Source: Actinomycetota bacterium
Lineage (GTDB): Bacteria; Actinomycetota; Acidimicrobiia; Spongiisociales; UBA4744
Direction of reading: 5' to 3'
DNA length: 38,335 nt
NCBI GenBank assembly: GCA_013152275.1
Contig: JAADGS010000014.1
Span: forward strand, 1-38,335
Shown: piece by piece, positions 1 to 7,655 of the stretch
Numbering within the stretch: the stretch's first letter is position 1
How the letters are laid out: every line of letters starts with the position of its first letter
Notes under the pieces: generated by a model
Seen by the model: the letters and a program-made list of their open reading frames with translations, nothing else
What the model was told of the DNA's origin: nothing
Database searches by the model: none
Program-made: the position numbers and the translations under genes

Positions 1-135
1 GTCTTCCCCAGGGAGCGAAGCGACCGTTGGGGGGAACCTACCGCAGCGGCTTTGCGCCGGGGTAGGGGGGTCTTCCCCAGGGAGCGAAGCGACCGTTGGG
101 GGGAACCTACCGCAGCGGCTTTGCGCCGGCGTAGG
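1..135. repeat. Tandem 69-bp palindromic REP-like repeat (at least 2 copies; may extend left of window)
   Basis: Bases 1-60 recur identically at 70-129. Each unit has two stems (TTCCCC...GGGGAA around GAGCGAAGCGAC, and CCTACC...GGTAGG). Lies just downstream of the rodA stop. Confidence 0.85.
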
Positions 136-149
136 AGGAAGCCGGGACG

Positions 150-1307
150 CTAGGCGTTCACCGGCTCACCGGGCACCGGCGTGCGGCGCAACCAGACGGA
201 GTTTGCGATACCCAGCGCGAGTGTTGTGACAAGGAGCGCGGATCCCCCTGCACTCATGAGCGGAAGTGGCAGACCGGTCACCGGCATGATGCCGATCGTC
301 ATACCCACGTTCACAAAGATCTGGAAAGCGAGCATTGCAGCGATCCCAACGCTCAGCAGCCTCCCAAACCGGTCCCGGGCGTTGCGGGCGATGATGAGCA
401 GTCTCCACAACAGCACCGCATAGAGCAAGAGAACGATCACGCCACCGATGAGACCCAACTGCTCACCGACTGCGGTGAAGATGAAGTCCGTGGACTGAGC
501 GGGAACGAAGCTCAGATTGGTGAGAGATCCGCCGAACAGGCCTTTGCCGAAGATCCCGCCACTTCCGATCGCGATCTTGCTTCGGATCAGGTTGTACCCG
601 ATGCCGAGCGGATCGGCGGTCGGATCGATGAAGCTCTGCAGCCTCGCCAGCTGATAGTCACGAAGCAGCTGGAGCTTCCAAACGGCAACGACGCCGCCCA
701 CCGCCCCGACGGTCAGGATCGCGAACTGCCGGAAGGTCGTGCCGGACACGAACAGCATCACGAGGGCGAAGAATCCGAACACCAGCATCGTTCCGAGGTC
801 CGGCTGTCGAAAGATGAGATACGAGGGGATCGCCAACATCCCGAGGGCAAGTCCCAGCCTGCTCCAACGCATCCCCTCTTCACGTGCCGGTGCAAGCACG
901 GCGGCAAGCACGATGATGACGCCCAGTTTGGCAAACTCGGACGGCTGGAACTGAAACGGACCGATCAAGATCCATCGGTTGGCGCCGGCATGTGGTGCCG
1001 TGGTCAGCACGAACCCGAGCACGGCCAGCGTGAGCAGGTAGATGACACCGGACCAGCCGGCCAGGTCGCGATAGTCGATGAGCGAACCGATCAAGAACAG
1101 CACGAGACCGATGACCGCGAAGACGGCCTGTTTGACCATGAGCGAGGAAGGATCGAATCCCCGAGCCTCCAGGCTCGCACGCGAAGCCGTGTAGACCATG
1201 AGAATGCCGAGGCCTGCGAGGACGATCATGGTGACGAACAGGATCACGTCCGGACCCGGACGCGGGCGGTCGCCGACGACGGCATGATCGCGTGCATCGA
1301 GGATCAT
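150..1307 (-). CDS. rodA: Rod shape-determining SEDS glycosyltransferase RodA
   Basis: Multi-TM protein with QPSEFAK, QPDLGT, AIGSGG, TDFIF and PVTGLPLPLMSAGGS motifs; last gene of the mreBCD-pbp2 operon; TGATG overlap with mrdA. Confidence 0.95.
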   Translation of the reverse strand: MILDARDHAVVGDRPRPGPDVILFVTMIVLAGLGILMVYTASRASLEARGFDPSSLMVKQAVFAVIGLVLFLIGSLIDYRDLAGWSGVIYLLTLAVLGFVLTTAPHAGANRWILIGPFQFQPSEFAKLGVIIVLAAVLAPAREEGMRWSRLGLALGMLAIPSYLIFRQPDLGTMLVFGFFALVMLFVSGTTFRQFAILTVGAVGGVVAVWKLQLLRDYQLARLQSFIDPTADPLGIGYNLIRSKIAIGSGGIFGKGLFGGSLTNLSFVPAQSTDFIFTAVGEQLGLIGGVIVLLLYAVLLWRLLIIARNARDRFGRLLSVGIAAMLAFQIFVNVGMTIGIMPVTGLPLPLMSAGGSALLVTTLALGIANSVWLRRTPVPGEPVNA

Positions 1308-3298
1308 CAGTACTCGGTCCTCTCGCCGGCGATGATTGGCGTGGGTTCCAACCCCAGGAGGTGTTGGAAGATGAATCGCGCCGCTGGTGCCGCAACCTGG
1401 CTGCCGCCGCCGCCTTCCTCAACCATCACGACGACGACGTACTTCGGATCGTCGATGGGAGCCACTCCCACGAACCAAGAGGTCACGTCCGCGTCACGAA
1501 GGCGAATGCACTTGCCATCTACGTCCTTCTCGGCGCACACCTTCGGCATCTGAGCAGTCCCTGTCTTGCCGCCGACGAGCACCGACTTACTCCCCATGGA
1601 TGCAAACGCCGATCTGGCGGTGCCTTGGTTGGTGACTCTGCGCATGTCCTCACGGAGCATCTGGACGATCGAAGGAGCGATGTCGAGTGATCGCACGACT
1701 TCAGGCGGGTTCGACATGACCTCACGTCCATCCACGTCGGTGATGCGGTCGACGACCCTCGGCTTCCAGACGGTCCCGCCGTTGACCAGTGCCGCGTAGG
1801 CGACCGCCATTTGCAGTGGGGTCGTGAGCAGAGCACCCTGTCCGGTCGCCATCGCCAGGAGGTCTCCTCCGAACCATGGGCTTGCGGTGGTCAGTCGGCT
1901 CTCATCCAGGAGCCGCAGGCCAGGGTTCTTGAGCTGTGTCTCCTTGCGCTTTTCGAACAGCGCCCGATCCGGAATCAGCCCATCCTGCTCACCCGGAAGA
2001 TCGATCCCGGTCCGGGCTCCGAATCCGAGCCGACGGGCCCAGTCCTGGAGGAGGTTCTCCTTGTCGGTGCCTTTGTACCGATCCCAGATCCGTAACGCGA
2101 TCTCCCAGAAGTACACGTTGCACGAACGCGCGAATGCCTCGTGGAGGTTCTGGAACCCGTCGTCACGAGGGTACGTCCAGTTCTTCCAGACCTGGGTGGA
2201 ACCGTCGGTGAATGGCGCCTTCAACTGGGCGCTGCATTCGGTCCGGTCGTTCGGACCGGTGACGCCTTCAGGGTACATACCCTCTTCGACAGCAGTGAGA
2301 TAGGTCACCGCCTTGAACGTCGAAGCAGGCGGATACTGACCGGATATCGCCAGGTTGTTGTAAGAGAATTCGCCGTTGCGGACCAGACTCTCGAGCTGTT
2401 TGGAGGAGACCTGTCGAAGGAGGGCAGGATCGAACTCGGGAACGGAGTCCATCGCTATGACCCCGCCGTTCGTGACGTCCATCACGACGGCGACAGCCTT
2501 CCGGGCAAGACCGTTGTAGGAGCCTTTCTCGTGTTTGAGCTGATTCGCGAGGTTGATTGCGTCGTGAAGAGCCTGCTCGACAACCCGTTCGACGTCGAGG
2601 TCGAGGTTCAGGTGCAACGTGTCGCCCGGCTGTGCCGGTTGGCGGAGCAGCTCCTTCAGAATCGAGCCGCGAGCGTTCGTCTGGTAGGCCTCCGAACCCT
2701 CCTCTCCCTGCAGCCATTTGTCATATGACGCCTCGAGGCCGCCCTTGCCGATGATGGCATTCGGGTCCAGGTTCTCATCCGCCTGAAGTTGACTGGCCGA
2801 AGGCTTCCCGGTGTAGCCGACAATGTGCCCTGCGAGCGCTCCTTGGGGGTAGCGACGCTCTGGGATCTCTTCGATCGTCACGCCCGGCAACTGGGACTGG
2901 TGTTCCCACACGTAATAGGCGATATCGGTGTCCACGGTCCCGAGATGCACGACACCGGCAGAGCCTGCATCGTCGAAGGCGGACCAGATCGATACCGCCG
3001 GGATTCCCATGAGCCCGGATAGCTGCTGCACGATCGAGTCTTCGATGTCGGCCGGGATCATGATGCGATCGACGACGATGCCAGGGGCGAACTTGCTTGC
3101 CACGATGGTCGTTCCCGAGCGGTCGATGATCGATCCACGAGGTGCAGGCAATGTTCGGAAGGCGACGAGAAGGTTCTCTGCCTGTCGTTCATAGTCGGGG
3201 GCGGCCGCGACCTGGACGAACCACAGACGAGCACCGAGAACAGTGAACATCGCCACGAACACGAGGCCGATCGTGCCGAGCCGCAACCCTTCTCTCAC
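1307..3298 (-). CDS. mrdA: Penicillin-binding protein 2 (class B transpeptidase)
   Basis: N-terminal TM, APRGSIIDR dimerisation motif, catalytic STFK, SCN and KTG motifs. Start moved from the track's 3490 to GTG 3298 (GTGA overlap with the mreD stop, GGGAG SD). Confidence 0.93.
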   Translation of the reverse strand: MREGLRLGTIGLVFVAMFTVLGARLWFVQVAAAPDYERQAENLLVAFRTLPAPRGSIIDRSGTTIVASKFAPGIVVDRIMIPADIEDSIVQQLSGLMGIPAVSIWSAFDDAGSAGVVHLGTVDTDIAYYVWEHQSQLPGVTIEEIPERRYPQGALAGHIVGYTGKPSASQLQADENLDPNAIIGKGGLEASYDKWLQGEEGSEAYQTNARGSILKELLRQPAQPGDTLHLNLDLDVERVVEQALHDAINLANQLKHEKGSYNGLARKAVAVVMDVTNGGVIAMDSVPEFDPALLRQVSSKQLESLVRNGEFSYNNLAISGQYPPASTFKAVTYLTAVEEGMYPEGVTGPNDRTECSAQLKAPFTDGSTQVWKNWTYPRDDGFQNLHEAFARSCNVYFWEIALRIWDRYKGTDKENLLQDWARRLGFGARTGIDLPGEQDGLIPDRALFEKRKETQLKNPGLRLLDESRLTTASPWFGGDLLAMATGQGALLTTPLQMAVAYAALVNGGTVWKPRVVDRITDVDGREVMSNPPEVVRSLDIAPSIVQMLREDMRRVTNQGTARSAFASMGSKSVLVGGKTGTAQMPKVCAEKDVDGKCIRLRDADVTSWFVGVAPIDDPKYVVVVMVEEGGGGSQVAAPAARFIFQHLLGLEPTPIIAGERTEY

Positions 3299-3798
3299 AG
3301 CATCATCTCCCTGTGCCGTTCTCCGCCAAGAATCCGTGTCATGAGCGGGAGCACCGCCGCAGCCAGAATGACGTCGTAGACCGGGCCCAACAGAATCTGG
3401 CGAAGTACCAACGGATCGCTGAGGATCCTCTCCCCAAAGAGCGTACCGACGATGGCCAGCAATACGGTGCCCGAGAGAGCGATCCCCCACACGGCAACGC
3501 CGATGGTTGGTATCGAGACCTCAAAACGATCGCGTGTCCGGACGGTTATGTACGCGACGATCGTGAGCACCATTGCCCGCAGCCCGAGTGGTGCGCTGCC
3601 GAGCAGATCGATGATCAGGCCCGCGGTGAACCCGAGGACCACGGCCGGTTCCGAGTCGAGCCGGCGAGCACTGGCGATGACCGTCAGCAGCACCAGGTCG
3701 GGCACGACCCCGAACACGGGAAGCCGGGCCAGCAGCGTCGTCTGGATGATCACGGCAACGCCGACGGCGAGCAGCGAGATGCCGATGCGACGGCTCAC
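3295..3798 (-). CDS. mreD: Rod shape-determining protein MreD
   Basis: Hydrophobic ~167 aa with PDLVLL and GLIIDLL motifs between mreC and pbp2. Start moved to GTG 3798 (GTGA overlap with the mreC stop). Confidence 0.9.
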   Translation of the reverse strand: MSRRIGISLLAVGVAVIIQTTLLARLPVFGVVPDLVLLTVIASARRLDSEPAVVLGFTAGLIIDLLGSAPLGLRAMVLTIVAYITVRTRDRFEVSIPTIGVAVWGIALSGTVLLAIVGTLFGERILSDPLVLRQILLGPVYDVILAAAVLPLMTRILGGERHREMML

Positions 3799-4706
3799 CC
3801 TGATCCCCCATCTGAGGTTCCTGTTGTCGTCGTTGTCGTCGAGCTGGTCGTTGTCGTCGAGCTGGTCGATGTATCGACCTCCGTCGAGAACGTCCACTGC
3901 AGAACGACGACGAAATCGAGCTTGGAGAAGTCCGCCAAGGGAGTTGCCGTCGTGACGATTCGTTGCGCCTCCGGTCTCGCATCTGCAGCGACTTTCGCCA
4001 CGTTGATCCCGACCGGATACCGCACACTTCCCGCGGTGACGAGGAGATAGCCTGTGAACACCGGCTCGGTGGCTTCAAGCACCTCGAGATCGAGCTCCCC
4101 ACTCCCCCGGCCCAAGATGATGCCGGCCTCGCCCGTCTGCGATTTGACCCGCACCCCGTCCGACGACGGAGCCACAATCGGCACGACGGTCGCCGAATCG
4201 CCGGTCACCTCCGTGATCAGGCCGACGAGCGCTCCGTTCTCGTCGACAACGGGGTTGCCGACCAGCACTCCGTCGTTGCTCCCGGCGTCGATCTGGAAGC
4301 CTGCGTCGAAGCTGTCTCCACGGGCGATCACCCTGGCGGGGACCTGCGGGATCGACTCGTCTGCCGGGGTCAGAGCGAGGATACGGCGCAGCGAGGCAAC
4401 TTCGTCTTCGAGCGTCGCAACCGTATCGAGCCTGGATTCCAGGCTTGCGATGCGCTGCTGAAGTTCCTTGTTGGCATCGCGAAGGCCCGCGACGTTTGCG
4501 ATGCCGTCCACCATGTCGATCGCCGGATCGACAATCGATGTGGCGAGCTTCTGGATCGGGGTGAACACCGTCTGTACACCGCGACGGAGCGTACCCGTGA
4601 CTCCCCCACCCGAGCTCCTGATATCGAGCGTCATCAGCGAAAACGCGATGATGACGAGCACCACGAGAAACGAGGTGGCGCGATCGGGAGTTCTGCGGTC
4701 TCTCAT
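3795..4706 (-). CDS. mreC: Rod shape-determining protein MreC
   Basis: N-terminal TM, coiled coil, IDAGSNDGV..GNPVV..GALVG beta-barrel motifs, Ser/Thr-rich tail; follows mreB. Confidence 0.93.
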   Translation of the reverse strand: MRDRRTPDRATSFLVVLVIIAFSLMTLDIRSSGGGVTGTLRRGVQTVFTPIQKLATSIVDPAIDMVDGIANVAGLRDANKELQQRIASLESRLDTVATLEDEVASLRRILALTPADESIPQVPARVIARGDSFDAGFQIDAGSNDGVLVGNPVVDENGALVGLITEVTGDSATVVPIVAPSSDGVRVKSQTGEAGIILGRGSGELDLEVLEATEPVFTGYLLVTAGSVRYPVGINVAKVAADARPEAQRIVTTATPLADFSKLDFVVVLQWTFSTEVDTSTSSTTTTSSTTTTTTGTSDGGSG

Positions 4707-4756
4707 GCGAGCCTGCTCTGGTCGGGGCGCCGTTCGTGCCCGTTCATGGGCTCACC

Positions 4757-5788
4757 TCACAGGCGGCTCGAGGAGATGAGAACCCCCTGCAGCGCTTCAA
4801 AGTCCTCCAGGCATCTCCCCGAACCGAGCACAACGGACTGAAGCGGACGATCGGCAGACACGATCGGCATGCCTGTCTCATGTGCGAGGCGTTCGTCGAT
4901 CCCGCGCAGGAGACCGCCTCCTCCCGTAACGACGATACCGCGCTCGATGATGTCCGCCGACAGCTCCGGTGGTGTCTTGTCGAGTGTGTACTTCACCGCA
5001 TCGACGATCTGCTGGACGGGTTCTTCGACGGCCTCACGAATCTCCGGGCTGGTCAACACGATCGTTTTGGGAAGGCCGGTGACCAGGTCTCTTCCGCGAA
5101 CCTCGGCGGCGGGTTCGTCCGGATAGGGAAATGCAGATCCGATTGCCATCTTGATCTGCTCCGCGGTGCGCTCGCCGAGCAACAGGTTGTACTCCTTCTT
5201 GACCCAATCGATGATCGCCTCATCGAGTTCGTCCCCACCGATGCGAATGCTGCGCGATTCGACGATGCCGCCGAGAGAGATGACCGCCACCTCGGTCGTC
5301 CCACCGCCGATATCGACCACCATCGACCCTGACGGCTCACCGACAGGAAGTCCGGTCCCGATCGCGGCCGCCATCGGTTCTTCGATGGTGTAGGCGCGAC
5401 GCGCCCCCGCGTGATAGGCGGCCTCTTCGACGGCGCGCCGCTCGACCGGTGTGATTCCCGACGGCACGCAGATCACGATCCTGGGCTTGGCCCACTTGCG
5501 CCGATGTACCTTGTGGATGAAATAGCGAAGCATCTTCTCGGTAATGTCGAAATCGGCAATCACACCGTCGCGCAGCGGTCTGATTGCTCGGATATAGGAG
5601 GGTGTCCGTCCGATCATTCTCTTGGCTTCCATGCCGACGGCAAGGGCGCGATTAGACCGCACATTGATCGCTACGACAGACGGCTCGTTGAGCACAATGC
5701 CGACGTTACGAACGTACACGAGTGTGTTCGCGGTGCCCAGGTCAATCGCCATGTCTTGACCTGCAAATGAAAACAACGACTCAGCCAA
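4757..5788 (-). CDS. mreB: Actin-like rod shape-determining protein MreB
   Basis: DLGTANT, EEPMAAAIG, DIGGGTT and TGGGGLL actin-ATPase motifs; TTG start with GAGG SD. Confidence 0.97.
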   Translation of the reverse strand: MAESLFSFAGQDMAIDLGTANTLVYVRNVGIVLNEPSVVAINVRSNRALAVGMEAKRMIGRTPSYIRAIRPLRDGVIADFDITEKMLRYFIHKVHRRKWAKPRIVICVPSGITPVERRAVEEAAYHAGARRAYTIEEPMAAAIGTGLPVGEPSGSMVVDIGGGTTEVAVISLGGIVESRSIRIGGDELDEAIIDWVKKEYNLLLGERTAEQIKMAIGSAFPYPDEPAAEVRGRDLVTGLPKTIVLTSPEIREAVEEPVQQIVDAVKYTLDKTPPELSADIIERGIVVTGGGGLLRGIDERLAHETGMPIVSADRPLQSVVLGSGRCLEDFEALQGVLISSSRL

Positions 5789-5829
5789 TGAAAACGGCCT
5801 CGGATCGGGACTGCCGTAGCTTAGTTGAT

Positions 5830-5882
5830 CCGTTCTCGTGACACTTCACGGGAATAGTCCGGACCAACCGTCACGAGAACGG
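5830..5882. repeat. REP-like palindromic element, copy 1
   Basis: Perfect 13-bp inverted repeat CCGTTCTCGTGAC / GTCACGAGAACGG with a 27-nt spacer, between ndk and mreB; related copies at 17514 and 20495. Confidence 0.85.
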
Positions 5883-5900
5883 TGGGTTGCAGACGAACCG

Positions 5901-6299
5901 TTATCCGAAAAAGATCTTTAGCTCGCGCGCCGCGCTTTCGGGTGCATCGGATCCATGAACGATGTTCTGGGTCAGGATGAGGCCGAAATCACCACGGATC
6001 GTTCCAGGCTCGGCATTCTTCGGATCGGTTGCTCCCATGAGAGTACGAGCAACCGCGATGGCTCCATCTCCGGACCATTCCATCGCCACCACCGGTCCCG
6101 ACGTGATGAACTCGAGCAGTTCGTTGAAGAAGGGCTTCTCGACGTGTTCTGCGTAGTGGCGGCGTGCCATGGCTTCATCGATGACGAGGCGTCGGATCTT
6201 CTCCAGACGAAGCCCCTTGCGCTCAAAGCGGCTGATCACCTCACCGACGAGGCCTCGCGCTACGCCGTCCGGCTTGACCATGACAAATGTATGTTCCAT
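5901..6299 (-). CDS. ndk: Nucleoside diphosphate kinase
   Basis: [19 protein letters not shown] and NIVHGSD (catalytic His); ATG 6299 preceded by AAGGA SD. Confidence 0.96.
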   Translation of the reverse strand: MEHTFVMVKPDGVARGLVGEVISRFERKGLRLEKIRRLVIDEAMARRHYAEHVEKPFFNELLEFITSGPVVAMEWSGDGAIAVARTLMGATDPKNAEPGTIRGDFGLILTQNIVHGSDAPESAARELKIFFG

Positions 6300-6317
6300 C
6301 GCGTTCCTTTCCATCGG

Positions 6318-7643
6318 TCATAGTTTGGCAGCGCCGGAGGGCTGTCCTGCCATCGAACGCATCACGGGCCTGGCTTCACCGGCGACATACAGGGATCCGG
6401 TGGCGATGACTGCCCCATCTTCTCCTGCCGTGAGGATGCCCTCCCGGACGGCAGCATCGACTCCGGCAACCTGCCGCACTTCGACGCCGGGCCCCAGAGC
6501 GGCGCGTGCCACACGAGCCACCTTGTCGGCGGGGATCGCCCGATCGCTCACCGGAGCGGTGGCAAACATCCTGCCGACCTTGCCGCCCAGGTGGCCGATC
6601 ATGCCTTCCAGGTCTTTGTCGCCCAGCGCCCCGAGAATGACCGTCCACTCCAGTGACGGGAACTCTTCGTCGAGCGATTCGGCGAGAACACCGAATCCCT
6701 CTGCATTGTGTGAACCGTCCACAATCGTCAGAGGTTGCCGCCCGATGACTTCGAGGCGACCCGGCGACGTCGCGGCGGCAACACCCTCACGCAGTGCCTC
6801 GGGGCTGAGAGCGCGCCCGAACAACGACTCGACGGCTGCCACGGCGACAGCCAGGTTCCGGGTCTGATACCGCCCGTGCAGAGGCAGGAAGACGTCCTCA
6901 TAGGTCTCGTAGATGCCGTCGATGGTGACCATCCATCCACCGATGGCAAGCGCGGCATCCTGCAGTCGGTAATCCTCGCCGTATTTCCGGCGACGGATTC
7001 CGAGTTCGGCGACCCGACGTTGCGCCTCTCTCTCCGCTTCTGCCGGCAGCGGACCGGTAACGAGGATGCAGCCCGGCTTGGCAATCGCAAGCTTCTCGAT
7101 GGCGATCTCGCGCAGTGTCGATCCGAGCACCCGAACGTGTTCTTTCGAAACACCGGTGAGGACCGCCACCTCGCCATCGGCGACATTGGTGGAATCGAGG
7201 CGGCCACCGAGTCCGACCTCGACGACACCGACATCCACTGCGCGTTCGGCAAACCAGGCAAACGCCATCGCAGCAGTCAGCTCGAAATAGGTCGGACGCT
7301 CCCCGGTCCGTTGCTCCAGGAGATCGGCGAAGGGCGCGACGTCGGCTACGGCCTCGGCGAACTCATGGGCGGTTGCGTGATGCCCGTTGACACCGAGACG
7401 CTCCTCGACCCGTTCGAGATGGGGCGACGTGAACGAACCGACGGCGAGACCGTGCGCGGAGATGGCCGCAGCGGCGATCCTCGAAGTCGATGTCTTCCCG
7501 TTGCTGCCGGTGATGTGAATGATCGGGTAGGTGTCCTGGGGGTTCGCCATCAGGTCGAGAAGGACGCGCGTCCGCTCGAGTCCCGGTTGCATTCCGAGCC
7601 CGATGTGCCGATCGAGAAAGGCGACAGCCTCTTCGTACTTCGT
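6318..7643 (-). CDS. folC: Bifunctional folylpolyglutamate synthase/dihydrofolate synthase
   Basis: ITGSNGKTS, FTSPHL, EVGLGGRLDSTN, PGRLE and DGSHN motifs. Start is uncertain: first ATG is 7592, but the FolC-like N-terminal helix (KYEEAVAFLD) extends to an ACG at 7641-7643. Confidence 0.92.
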   Translation of the reverse strand, partial: TKYEEAVAFLDRHIGLGMQPGLERTRVLLDLMANPQDTYPIIHITGSNGKTSTSRIAAAAISAHGLAVGSFTSPHLERVEERLGVNGHHATAHEFAEAVADVAPFADLLEQRTGERPTYFELTAAMAFAWFAERAVDVGVVEVGLGGRLDSTNVADGEVAVLTGVSKEHVRVLGSTLREIAIEKLAIAKPGCILVTGPLPAEAEREAQRRVAELGIRRRKYGEDYRLQDAALAIGGWMVTIDGIYETYEDVFLPLHGRYQTRNLAVAVAAVESLFGRALSPEALREGVAAATSPGRLEVIGRQPLTIVDGSHNAEGFGVLAESLDEEFPSLEWTVILGALGDKDLEGMIGHLGGKVGRMFATAPVSDRAIPADKVARVARAALGPGVEVRQVAGVDAAVREGILTAGEDGAVIATGSLYVAGEARPVMRSMAGQPSGAAKL

Positions 7644-7655
7644 CGCAGCCCCGTT

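Noticed and set aside
1..135. Possible CRISPR array
   Set aside because: Units are contiguous 69-bp duplicates with no unique spacers, and no cas genes are nearby.
3299..3490. N-terminal extensions in the ORF track for mrdA (also mreD, valS, the 22534 methyltransferase and rfbF)
   Set aside because: They overlap upstream genes; downstream starts with SD or stop-start overlaps fit better.
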